34,145 bases of DNA from Catajapyx aquilonaris. Its lineage: Eukaryota. The stretch spans positions 1 through 34,145 of the forward strand of contig JYFJ02004211.1 in NCBI GenBank assembly GCA_000934665.2, in the 5' to 3' direction. Below, in pieces: positions 22,344 to 33,469 of the stretch. The notes under the pieces are model-generated. The model had not been told where the DNA came from. It saw nothing but the letters and a program-made list of their open reading frames with translations, and did no database searches. The first letter of the stretch is position 1. Every line of letters begins with the position of its first letter. Position numbers and translations under genes: made by a program.

Positions 22344-22378
22344 CTTCCTACTACCTGCGCTTTACTATGCCCTACTAC

Positions 22379-22674
22379 ACCGAAGCGGGTTGGTCGTTGG
22401 TGTAGTGGATTTGGAGTCCGCCTGCTAATTGGGAGGCCCTGGGTTCAAATCCCGGGGCCGGCGACACTGCGGTTTCCCACGGTCCCCCCGAGGACAATTC
22501 CGGGGTCGTTTCCGTAAAAATAGGCCACAGCTGCTTCCTTCCCTCCCTATCATTGGCCCCACCCATGTGTGAAGTACGAGTCAGAAAAATCGAAGAAAAC
22601 TGGCGGTGGTATTCCACCCCCCTAAAATGGCTTCGCCCTATCACCGGGTAAAATAAATTTCAAGCCAAATTAAA
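22379..22674 (+). mobile_element. tRNA-derived SINE (copy C) inserted into a CTACTAC array
   Basis: Starts accgaagc, A-box tggtgtagtgg, B-box ggttcaaatcc, 15-bp TSD actatg(c/a)cctactac (22364-22378 / 22675-22689). Confidence 0.9.
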
Positions 22675-23022
22675 ACTATGACCTACTACCTATGTGGGAT
22701 GAAGACTACCCACTACCTGTGGTTTGTGACTGCCTGCTACCTGCGCGTCGCCATGTCCTACTACCTGCGTCAGATGAAGGCTACCCACTACCTGTGGTTT
22801 GTGACTGCCTGCTACCCGCGCTTCACCATGACCTACTACCTACGTGGGATGAAGACTACCCACTACCTGTGGTTTGTGACTGCCTGCTACCTGCGCTTCA
22901 TTATGTCTGACTACCTGCGTCGGATGAAGGCTACCCACTACCTGTGGTTTGTGACTGCCTGCTACCTGCGCTTCATTATGTCCGACTACCTGTGTCGGAT
23001 AAAGTGCCTACTACCTGTGCGT
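22675..23022 (+). repeat. CCTACTACCTG array 3: 75-bp higher-order repeat of three cores (~4.5 copies)
   Basis: atgacctactacct...gatgaagactacccactacctgtggtttgtgactgcctgctacctgcgc repeats every 75 bp, which explains the 25-aa periodicity of ORF 22678-23145. Confidence 0.93.
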
Positions 23023-23809
23023 CAATTTTTTTTTTATTTTTTTTATTTTTTTTGGGGATGGGGGGGACTTTTTGGAGCTTTTTTGTGGGGGAGATGTGTG
23101 AGTGGCCCCTCCCCTTTGGCGGGCCGCAAGTGGAAGGCCGGATAGATCAATAGGAGAGGAGAGAGAGGGAGAGATTGGGCGGGGCCAGATGAAGGTGGGG
23201 CGCCACTAGGTCTCCCCACACATAGCTGAACACACCCACATGTAATACACAATGTATGGGGGTCACATCACAGCACATATTGCTAGAGGTGTGAAATGGG
23301 CACGTTCGAAAAACCGGACAATATGATACCTTGATTGGTTCAGCATAATTAGTGTTTAACCGCCACCCCCCAAATATAATGGGCGAAACATTTTTGATCA
23401 GATTTTGAGGTCAAATGCAGAAGAGATCATATTTCATTTTCAGCGGTTGCCAGATGTTGACGCTTTTGTTTGTTGGATCACCTGCTGGGGGTGCTGGACA
23501 AACAACTGGTTTAAATGGCGGCAAGTCGAACTGGTTTTACCGGCCGCGGTTTTATTGAATAACTAATTTTTAATGGGCTATTACTGTCACCACGTTCAAA
23601 TTATAGCGTTTGAAGTGTGTTTACTTAGTTTTGCGTTTTTTTCCGCATTCCTTCATTGGGCGGTTCACACGAGCGAGCTTTAAAAGCTTCAACTGTCAGT
23701 TGATAGGAGCTTCTGCAGAACAATAGGAGTAAAACTAGCTTTTGAAGCTTGTCATTACGGGAACGAAACGCGCTGACGAATTATGGCAGTTTCGCCAGTG
23801 CTTGCTGGC

Positions 23810-25505
23810 TTGTAGCGAGAGAATTTAGCGTGGCGAGAAGTGAGCCAGCAACCACACTAAATTCCCTCGCTGACATGTTCTCTCAACCAGCCATAATTGG
23901 AGCGTGAGGACGAAATGTGTGCGAGAAGTCGCTTCTAGTTCACGCTATAAATGTCTTCTCGCTTATGCTCCGCACTTTTGTGAACATAAGAAGATTCGAA
24001 ACGTTTTAACGTGAGCGAGAAGCCACTTCTCGTGCCCATTTCGTCCGTTGGCGTGTTCTCTCAACCAGCGATAATCGGTGCGTGAGCGAGAAGACAATTA
24101 TAGCGTGAGCGAGAAGCCACTTCTCGTACCCATATCGTTCGTTGAAGTGTTCTCTCAACCAGAGATAATCAGAGCGTGAGCGAGAAGACAATTATAGCGT
24201 GAGCGAGAAGCCCCTTCTCGTACCCATTTCGTCCGTTGGCTTCTTGCCCACGCTGTATAATATTTTATTGTGTTCTCGCTCAAGCTCCGACTACATCGCT
24301 GGTTGAGAGAACACGTCAACGTACGAAATGGGTGTGAGAAGTGGCTTCTCGCTCACGCTATAATTGTCTTCTCGCTCACGCTTCGATTATCGCTGGTTGA
24401 TACAGAACACGTCGGTGGACAAAATACATATTGGTACGAGACATGGCTTCTCGCTCACGCTAGAGTGTCTCGATATTCTTAAGCTGTTCAAAAGTTGCAA
24501 AAATACGTTAGCGAGATTATTTAGCGTGGCGAAAACTTATCGAGGCAAAATGGTACAGAAGTCACTTCCAACCACTATAAACAGTCTTCCTGATATGTTC
24601 TCGCAAAGAGTGAGAATAGGAGAGTAAGCGAGAAGCCATGGGACGAATGGAGTGCGAGAACTTGCTTCTCGCTCAAGCTGAAAAGGGTCAACCTTAGGTG
24701 TTCTCAAAATTTCGAGGACATCGGCGAGAGAATTTAGTGTGAGCGAGAGCGTGGCAAGCAAGTAATGTGAGAATAGCCTGATCCCGCCAAATTTACTCGC
24801 TAACACTCTCGCAACTGGCGAGAATCGGAGGGTGAATGATAAGCCATCAGACGAGTGCGAGAACTTGCTTCTCGCTCAAGCTCAAACCCTCAACATTTCG
24901 AGGGACATCAGCGAGCGAATTTATCATTACGAGCGAGAACGTATCAAGCAAGTAACGCAAGAATTATCACGCAAAATTTGTTCGCTAACACTCGCGCAAC
25001 TATAGCGAGAATCGGAGCGTGATCGTGAAGCCAACAGACTAATGGGTTGCCAGAAATTGCTTTTTGGCTCACGCTAAAATGTTTCGAACCTTCTTTAGGT
25101 GTTCGCAAAATTTCGAGAATGTCAGTGAGGAAATTTAGTGTGAGCGAGAATGTAGTTAGCGAGAATAGGAGCGTGTGTGAGAAGCCACTTCTTACATCCC
25201 CCCCCCNCCCCCCCGTTGGTTTCTCGCTCACGCCGCTATTCTCGCCAGTTGCGCAGGTGTTAGCGAGAATATTTTAGCATTTCGTGCTTACTATACATTC
25301 TCGCTCACGCTAAATTCTTTCGCTATGCCCATGAAATATTGTAAACACTTAAATGTTTCGAACCTAAGTCGTTCACAAGACATGTTAGCGATAAAAGCGT
25401 GAGCGAGAACGTATAGCGAAAAATAATGCGAAAAATAATGCAAAAAAAATAATTGACAATGGCGTCCCAAAAACCTCAGCTCGCTTTTCGCAAGCTTCTC
25501 GCTAA
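23810..25505. repeat. AGCGTGAGCGAGAA/TTCTCGCTCACGCT foldback-type complex repeat, block 1
   Basis: Motif occurs in both orientations; 94-bp direct repeats start at 24010, 24104 and 24198 and are mirrored by inverted copies at ~24270-24460. Confidence 0.85.
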
Positions 25506-25999
25506 AAGCTGGTAACGAAACACGCCATCTCACAGATTCGCTATTGATTTACCCCTCGCCAAAAACTTTCGCCAAAATATTGACCCAATATTTTTCCGAC
25601 CACACAGTGTCCCGCTTAAGGTGTACGGGACTTGTCCTACTGCAAAATTAACATATGGTTAACGAGCCTGTTAACTGTCCCTTGATAGACCTTTTTAAAC
25701 CGACCGTTAGAGGGGGTGAGAGCGGGGGTGTAATTGGACCCAACAGCCAGACAGGGCCATACATTTTTAACTAGCTCATGATTGGTGCAGAGCGGCCGTT
25801 AAACCCTGTGCGGGGGTGTGGCTTAAAGGGTGACCTTGAAATGAATGGGGACTGTCCATAATAAGGTCAAAAGGTCAGGTGACTCACCCAACATGATGGC
25901 GTAGATACGGGGGTGGGATAAGTGTCAAGTAAAGTTTCGGACTTCAGCACTCTGTCAAGGTGGACATTAGGATGGATATAGCCAAATCGTAGATAATTA

Positions 26000-26698
26000 T
26001 GTCCGAAAAATATTTGAGTGGACCAAAATTACGGCAACCAAATGTTTGGGACGACTGGACTACATTTTAGTAGGACAAAATTATTAGGGACAAAACATGC
26101 ATGTTGGACTGTAGAATTTGACCGGACAAATTCTGGTCGGACGAAATAATTTTGGGACGAAGACAATTTTTTGTCCAATGTAGATTTGGTAGATTTGCCA
26201 AAAATTATGTTTGACTGGACTCGCGAATTTTTTTGGGACAACAATATTTGGACTATATTTAAGTCGGACATTTATTTGGGACAAACCATGTTGGACAATT
26301 ATTTGGCCGGACAAAAAAATATTGGGAATAAATATTATTTGGTAAAAAATTCTTACATTTGGACGAAAATTTTGAACCAAATAATTTTTGGACAAAAATT
26401 CTGTCCGTCGAAATAAATTCGGATGAAAATTCTGTCGGACAAAATAGTTTTGGGCTAAAACCTAAAATATTTGGACTAAATAAATTTGGACGAAATAATT
26501 TTCGGCGAAAATTCTGTCGGACAAAATAGTTTTGGGCTAAAAAATAATGCCGGACTAAATAAATTTGGACGAAATAATTTCGGACAAAAATTCTGACACT
26601 CGAAATAGTTTGGACAAAAATTCCTTCGGGCGAAATTTTCAGACGAAATAATTCTCGGCGAAAATTCTGCCAGACGAAATCATTTCGGACGAAAATTC
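26000..26698. repeat. Degenerate short-period satellite built on TTTGGAC(A/G)AAA
   Basis: Dozens of ggacaaaa/ggacgaaa cores spaced roughly 15-17 bp apart. Confidence 0.88.
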
Positions 26699-26824
26699 AA
26701 TTGTATGGCTTTGAACAAAAAGTGGTAACCTGACACCAATGGCCTTGACCGAGTGCTGCTACTACTTTTTTCCAAAACTATTTTTTGACACTTTAAATAG
26801 TAGTTAGTGAGTTACTTACACACA

Positions 26825-27589
26825 TTTTGTACCCTGTTCGGAGCTTTTATTCTGGTTTGAACAGGCTCTTTGGTACGGGCACAATGTACAACATGGGATG
26901 AAGGGGGCGGGGCTTCCAATTTTTATGCACTATGTACACGAGCTAAGTTCAGAAGTTCATCACATGGGGTCAGCACGTGAACTATTTTTTCTTCTTCTTT
27001 TTTCAAAATGTTTTTTTTTTTTTGTAAATGGATGGATATGCGAAACACTGGCACATATGTCAACGAGAAACACACTTTTTCCAGTTTTTTTTGAAAAAAA
27101 AAACTCAAAGAAAATTACACGGGGGTTGGAAATAAGAACTACGATGAGGCAACATTTTCGCTTCACAAGTTAGCACACTATTTTTTTTATATATTTTTAA
27201 GATTTTTTTTTTTTGGTAATGTGGGTTCCTTCGAAGCACCAACAAGATTTGTTTACAAAATAATTAATTAATAATTAATTAATAATAAACCAGGACAAAA
27301 AACTGATTGGATTCAGACTTTATAGAAGGATTTGATTGTCAACATCATACAAGATGGAAGGGGAGTAGTTTTTTTTCGGGGTAAGGGTCACACACGTGCC
27401 ACGTTGGTCGGGGGGTCAAGGGTCAAATAGGGGTCAACACGGGTCCGCACTTGGTGTGTCCTCCTCCAAAAAAAGAAATGTTTAACGTTTGGAGGGGGCA
27501 GGTCACAAGGGTTGGGAGGGTTATGGTACACTCATAACTGTACACAAGTGGTCTCGAAGACTGCCGATGACGTCCAGCAAAATGGCGTC
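26825..27589 (-). other. tup: Putative terminal non-coding (3'-UTR) exon of the Islet/tailup gene
   Basis: Strong acceptor tttctatttttctctttgcag|GACGCC at 27590; unique U-rich sequence; AATAAA on the - strand at 26846-26851 followed by a GT-rich tract; the 3' end is approximate. Confidence 0.6.
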
Positions 27590-27614
27590 CTGCAAAGAGA
27601 AAAATAGAAATATT

Positions 27615-28490
27615 GAAGCCTACTGCCTGTGCTGGCAACGAGTGCCTACTACCTGTGCTTCTCATTCCGAGAGTTTTTGAACGTGCATAACTCTAAGGCA
27701 CGATCAGAGATGAAAATTGAATCCGACTACCTGTTCTTTGGCAACACGTGCCTACTGCCTGTGCTGGCAACAATAGCCTACTGCCTGTGATTGTCATTTT
27801 CCCCGTTTTGAGCGTGCATAACTTACAGGTAAGATCAGATAGGAAAATTGAATCCTACCACCTGTGCTTCGGCAACAAGTGCCTACTGCCTGTGCTGTCA
27901 ACGGTAGCCTACTACCTGTGGTTGTCATTTCCCCCCGTTTTGAGCGTCCATAACCTGCAGGCACGATCAGAGAGGAATAATGAGTTCTACTACCAGCGCT
28001 TTTGTCAGCCAGTGCCTACTTCCTGTGCTGTCACAGACTGCCTACTACATGTGCTTGTCATTTCCCCCGTTTTGAACACGCAAAACAGACAACCTCGATC
28101 AAAGGGAAGGTATGAAAGCCTACTCCCTGTGCTGTCAACGATAGCCTACTACCTGTGGTTGTCATTTCCTCCCGTTTTGAGCGTCCATAACCTGCAGGCA
28201 CGATCAGAGAGGAATAATGAGTTCTACTACCTGCGCTTTGTCAGCCAGTGCCTACTTCCTGTGCTGTCACAGAGTGCCTACTTTCTGTGCTGTCACAGAG
28301 TGCCTACTACATGTACTTGTCATTTCCCCCGTTTTGAACACGCAAAACAGACAACCTCGATCAAAGGGAAGGTATGAAAGCCTACTACCTGTGCTTGGGC
28401 ACCAAGTGCCTACTCCCTGTGCTGTCAACGATAGCCTACTACCTGTGCTTGTCATTTTGACATTTTTGAACGTGCATAACTCACAGGCAC
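27615..28490 (+). repeat. CCTACTACCTGTG array 4 with 237-bp higher-order duplication, filling the tailup 3'-UTR intron
   Basis: About 20 cores interleaved with gtcatttcccccgttttgagcgt...cgatcagag modules; a near-identical block starts at 27907 and 28144. Confidence 0.9.
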
Positions 28491-28610
28491 TAGCCGAATT
28501 TAGCTTACAAGCTATATATGATGGGTTAATAAGCGATAAGCCGAGTTTCCACTCCAGCGCGAGCTGAGCATACTCACCAGATTGTTTCCTGGAGATGGTG
28601 ACCCTGATGG

Positions 28611-28778
28611 TTATGGACTGGCCGCGTCCTGGTGCATGCTGTCGTCACTCTCAAGGTAGGTCACGTAGGAGTCGGTCGAGTCAGGGTGACTCAGGTCAGC
28701 ACCCGGATGGTGACCCGGGGGCGGACCGTGGGACGCCATGTCAGGAGGTGGCGCCCCGTGGAGGTCGTAGCCGTGCAT
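28611..28778 (-). CDS. tup: Last coding exon of an Islet/tailup-type LIM-homeodomain transcription factor (partial gene)
   Basis: ttttctcatcttgacag|MHGYDLHGAPPPDMASHGPPPGHHPGADLSHPDSTDSYVTYLESDDSMHQDAASP*; MHGYDL and HPDSTDSYVTYLESDD match the recalled C-terminus of arthropod Islet/Tailup; GC-rich coding-like island; donor ctg|gtgagta 33 nt after the stop. Confidence 0.82.
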   Translation of the reverse strand: MHGYDLHGAPPPDMASHGPPPGHHPGADLSHPDSTDSYVTYLESDDSMHQDAASP

Positions 28779-28834
28779 CTGTCAAGATGAGAAAATAGGA
28801 TGGTTCAAATTAATACGGGGGTTCACAAAGATAG

Positions 28835-30202
28835 CGACTATCGCACCTCATTCGTGCGTTGACTTCTCGCTCACGCTCTGCCACTCCCTGCGAACACCAG
28901 ATTTTTCGAGCGTGAACGGGCAGCGAAAGCGTGAGTGAGAGTTGTCTTGCCCTAGTCCTCATCTCACGTGAATGAAAATTTTCTATAGAGCGTCATTTTA
29001 GCGTGAGCGAGAAAGTCAACGAACGAATGTGGTGCGAGAATTGGCTTCTCGCTAAGATTCTAAACATTCACACTTTCCGTGACATTTAACATTCAATAAT
29101 GTCCACAATTTCGTGAGAATCTGTCGCGACGAGATTGTAAGCGAGAAGTGCTAGAACCACACTTTTCGTGCGAGATCCTCTTTAGCGTGAAAGGGCAGTG
29201 AAAGCGTGAGCGAGAATTGACGTGTACTAGCCACGAGAATTTTCTAGTGAGACATTTTAGCGTGAGCGAGAAGAACGAACGAATGTGGTGCGAGAATTAG
29301 CTTCTCGATAAAATTCTAAGCTTTCACAATTTCCTCAACATTTCATACTCAACATGAACATAATCTCGTGACAATCTGTCGTAGCGAGAGCGAGAAACCA
29401 ACGGAGAAGTAAACAAAACCAAATATTCACACATTCGGTTATTGTTAGAGCGTGAACGAGAATAAGTCAACTGATTAGTGAACAAAGCCCAATATCACGC
29501 GAATCTGTCGTAGCGTGAGCAGGAGCGAGATCTAGCGCGTGAGCGAGAAGTCATATTGTTGGGGAGGAATAAAACCTATTCATGCTGATTCTGGCAGCGT
29601 GATCTAGAGCGTGAGCGTGAGCGAGAATTCCACGGCTAAATGTACGAAGCGAAACCTAATTTTGCTGATTAGAGTGATCTAGAGCGTGAGCGAGAAGTCA
29701 ACAAATGAGCTGGGAAGGAATGAAACCTATTCTTGCTGATTCTGTCACAGCATGATCTATAGAGCGTGAGCGAGAAGTCAACGGCTAAATGGACGAATCG
29801 AAACCATTTTTTACTGATTCTATCACAGCGTGATCTAGAGCCTGAAAGTGAGCGAGAAATCAACGGATGAGTTTGAAGGGAATGAAACCTACTCTTGCTG
29901 ATTCTGTCACAGCATAATCTAGAGCGTGAGCGTGGGCGAGAAGTCAACGGCTAAATGGACGAATCTAAACCTATTTTCGCTGATTCTGTCACAGCGTGAG
30001 CGTGAGCGAGAGCGAGAAGTCAACCGGCTAAATGGACGAAACGAAACCTATTTTGTCGTAGCGAGATCTAAAGCGTGAGCGAGAAGCCAACTGGTGTTCT
30101 CAAGCTTGTAGCGTTTTGTAGCAAATCAACATTTAAGCGAGAAGTCAACGCACGAATGAACGAAAAATCATCTTCTCGCTCACGCTCCTGATTCTCGCTC
30201 AC
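28835..30202. repeat. AGCGTGAGCGAGAA complex repeat, block 2 (inverted ends, ~80-bp internal tandem units)
   Basis: Perfect 23-bp inverted pair at 28849-28871 / 30136-30158; internal gcgagaa(g/a)tcaac units at ~29690, 29770, 29852, 29936 and 30012 alternate between two subtypes. Confidence 0.85.
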
Positions 30203-30857
30203 TTACTAACATTTAGCATCTGGCTTCCGTATGACACTCGCGTCAGGTTCACGTTTAGACTCATCAACCAGTACTCTAGACAAGCCCCATCCGGTGCCAA
30301 CTTCACGTCCCTCAAACGTCAAACCCCCCGTCACGACAAGAACAACAACGCCCCATCTGGACCACCCACGCTTCTAAATCATCTCGCTTCAACCACCCAC
30401 GCCAATCAAATATAGATGGCCATCCATTAAGCGTGGCCCGATACTGCAAATATCCGCATTTGATCAGGGGCGTCGCGGCTCCCTTTTTACAGAACACCTA
30501 GTCCCGCGATTTATTTTTGCGAGAATATCAACTGAGGGTGGAATTAGCAGCTGGAGGGGGGTTTTTGTGACAAGATGGTGACCACATGTTGTGGGAAGGA
30601 TTTTTGTTATGCCAACTTGGGTTGGATCGGATTCTGCGTCGATGGGCGGTCTTCTCCCCTTGGTCCGATCAGGGAGAGGACTAGGGGCACGCAAGCGCTT
30701 TTCTTCTGGGCTGGAAGCGTATGGGCTGCAGGAGGAAACAAGAGTGATGCCCATTGGATGGGGTCATTTTGGGGACGGGGTATGGAGGTCACGGTAAGTG
30801 TCACCCGGATACATAAGCGGGAGTCTAAACGAGGTGTCAGCAGTTAAGCAGGTTATT

Positions 30858-31310
30858 TTTTCATTTTATTTATTTTACCCCGTGATAAACCTACTGGCTA
30901 TGTAGGGGGGTGGGATACCACCATTTAGCTTTTTCGCTATTTTTCGAACTTTTTCTCTCACCGGTGCAGGGGACAGGATAGAATAGTGAGGGGGGGATAC
31001 GGGTGCAGGTGCATTGTCATCACGTTGGGGGTCGTGTGCTGTCCCCCAGGGGGCCAAGCTTAAGACACCCCCCTGGGGGCGGGGTCAGAAACCCCCACCG
31101 ACCCCGCACCTCCTCAAGGACAGGACAAGAATATGAAAGGAAGGAAGCGGCTGTGGCCAAATATTTAGGAAACAACTCCGGAATTCTCCTGGGGGTAACC
31201 GTGGGAAACCACAGAAAACCACGGTTAGAGTTGCCGGCACTGGGGATAGAACCCAGGACCTCCCGATTTGCAGACGGATACCATATCCCCTCCGCTACCG
31301 CTGCTTCGGT
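30858..31310 (-). mobile_element. tRNA-derived SINE (copy D, longest form)
   Basis: On the - strand it starts accgaagc, has B-box-like gggttctatccc and an A-rich tail; perfect 14-bp TSD ttaagcaggttatt (30844-30857 / 31311-31324). Confidence 0.9.
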
Positions 31311-31582
31311 TTAAGCAGGTTATTAAGCAGATAGCTATTAAGGTATAATAGTTAAATTATAATATTATAATAATTCCCCTAATACTGTCAACGATGCTTG
31401 TTTGCATGTCCGCTGTAAGTTAACTCTCTCCCCACTGGGTGCGCCACCTCTCTGACTACATCCCTGCTTAGCCCCCCTCCCCACACACCTTCCACCACCT
31501 TCGGCTACACGCTACAGGTTAGACTCGTTAGAGGGTGCTCCACACGCTGCCAGGTGGCGCACCTGTACAGTTACCACTCGCT

Positions 31583-31986
31583 ATGGGTTACCCTCAAAAA
31601 GTGTACACCGGCTCTCCGGCTCTCCTCGGCCCTCCTCGGCTCTCTGCGACTCTCCTCGGCTCTCTGCGGCATCGGTGAGCCAGTAAGACCATGGGTGAGC
31701 CGGTGTCTATACTCACTGATGAGCATGTTGGTGAGCCGGGAGAGCCGAGGAGAGCCGGTGTGGGCCGCAGAGAGGCAAGGAGAGCCGCAGAGAGCCGGGG
31801 AGGGCCGAGGAGGCCGCCGAAGGCAAACTACGTCATATCTAGAGCTAATAAGTTATTAGCTGTTGGTCATATGATGAGGAATGATGCTCTCCGAGGCTAT
31901 CCGCGGATCTTTGAGGCTCACTGAGGCTCACCAGTGAGGGTATCTACACCGGCTCTCCGAAGGGACTACCCCCTTTTGGGTACCAT
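31583..31986. repeat. GC-rich inverted array of 10-bp CGGCTCTC(C/T) units (possible MITE)
   Basis: cggctctcc/cggctctctg units at 31608-31670 face gagagccg units at 31733-31812; weak terminal inverted similarity. Confidence 0.65.
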
Positions 31987-32232
31987 TACCGCGTGCACCG
32001 AAGGTGCACCCACCACAAGCCCTGTTTATGCACCGTGGGTGCATTAACGGGCTTGTAAACTAATATATTAGGTTGGAAGATGTGACGGTGAGTGACGTCG
32101 ACTCACAGGATGACGACGTATAATTTAATTAGAAACTTCTTGACTTAATTGGTTAGTAAACAGTTATAGCAACTGAGTAGCATCTTCCAACATAACAATT
32201 ACTCGTATTTGTTACTGATAATTGGCTGTAAA

Positions 32233-32590
32233 ATGTGACGGGGCGTGACCCCGATTCAAAAGATGGATGGCGTGTGTTCTATTAGAAGTTATTGACTATA
32301 AGCTAGTTAAGAAGCAAATTATTGCTAATATTAGTGTTGGCGATGTGACGGGGCGTGACACCGATTCAAAAGATGGATGGCGTGTGTTCTATTAGAAGTT
32401 ATTGACTATAAGCTAGTTAAGAAGCAAATTAATTGCTAATATTAGTGTTGGCGATGTGACGGTGCGTGACACCGACTCAAAAGATGGATGGCGTGTATTT
32501 TATTAGAAGTTATTGGCTATAAGCTAGTGAAGAAGCAAATTAATTACTAATATTAGTGTTGGCGATGTGACGGTGCGTGACACCGATTCG
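32233..32590. repeat. 110-111-bp tandem repeat (3 copies plus a partial fourth)
   Basis: atgtgacgg(g/t)gcgtgac(a/c)ccga starts at 32233, 32343, 32454 and 32565. Confidence 0.95.
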
Positions 32591-33469
32591 CAGGTGTACG
32601 TTATGCTTTATTTAGAGGACTAAGCTGCTTATTAACATACATTATGAAGCATATTTGTTGTTAATATTATGTTTGGTGTTACAGTCATCTTAATACTCAA
32701 TGTTTGGAATGTGCGTCGCCATTTTTGGTCCAAATCATTCAGGTCACAATTACTCAGGTACGCACCAAACTTTTCACTCGCTGTACAACCACACATTAAT
32801 TACCTTAAAAAAACCCAAAAAATTCCTCACTCATGTTTTTTTTAGTCATAAACTTTTTTCCCGCCTCCCAACTTTTTGTTTTATGGATCCTAAATACCAA
32901 ACACTACACAAAATTTTGGCGATGTAAAAAAAAAAGTTTGATGACCTTCCCTCCCGTGTGACCTTTCGCCGCCAAAAAGGACACCCCCTGAAAAATCAGG
33001 TGGCGCTTTGCCAATTAACAAGGTGCCCTAATAAACTGGATCCGAACACCAATAGAGATCCGGATCTCAAGGCGGCCATTTTTATGGCCCAAGTATATCG
33101 TGATCTCAAACTTTTTTTTAAACTTTTTTTTTTGGGGGGGGGGGGGCGTNCGTTAGATCTGATTAGTAGGTTCCACCTTACTCTTGCGTGAAACTGGTTG
33201 CTGTTTATAAGTGCCGGTCGACTATTATAATAAAGAGAAGGACCGAGGTTTACGACTACATGAGCCAGAAGGGTGTGGAGCTTAACACTTTCTAAATATA
33301 TATTTATTTTAAAAAATCGGTCAAAAAACGTGACCTTTTGAGACCGTCAGCTGCAGTAATTTGAAAAATGACAATATTGCTGGGTTCACACGGGACTCGT
33401 CGTTGGTCGTTCAGTTGTAACGTTCTAAGGAGAGTTGAAGTGAAAAGTATCCGGAAAACACCTTTGCAC

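Noticed and set aside
20881..23022. CRISPR array interpretation of the core-spacer arrays
   Set aside because: Eukaryotic context, cores only ~14 bp, spacers short and related to one another, no cas genes.
22678..23145. 155-aa ORF with 25-aa Cys/His/Tyr repeats (zinc-finger-like look)
   Set aside because: Direct consequence of the 75-bp tandem unit; no C2H2 spacing or linker, and it starts inside a SINE TSD.
27748..28377. 209-aa ORF
   Set aside because: Lies wholly within repeat array 4, has no ATG start, and is antisense to the tailup UTR intron.
28595..28798. 67-aa Arg/Ser/Gly-rich + strand ORF
   Set aside because: Antisense shadow of the tailup exon on the - strand.
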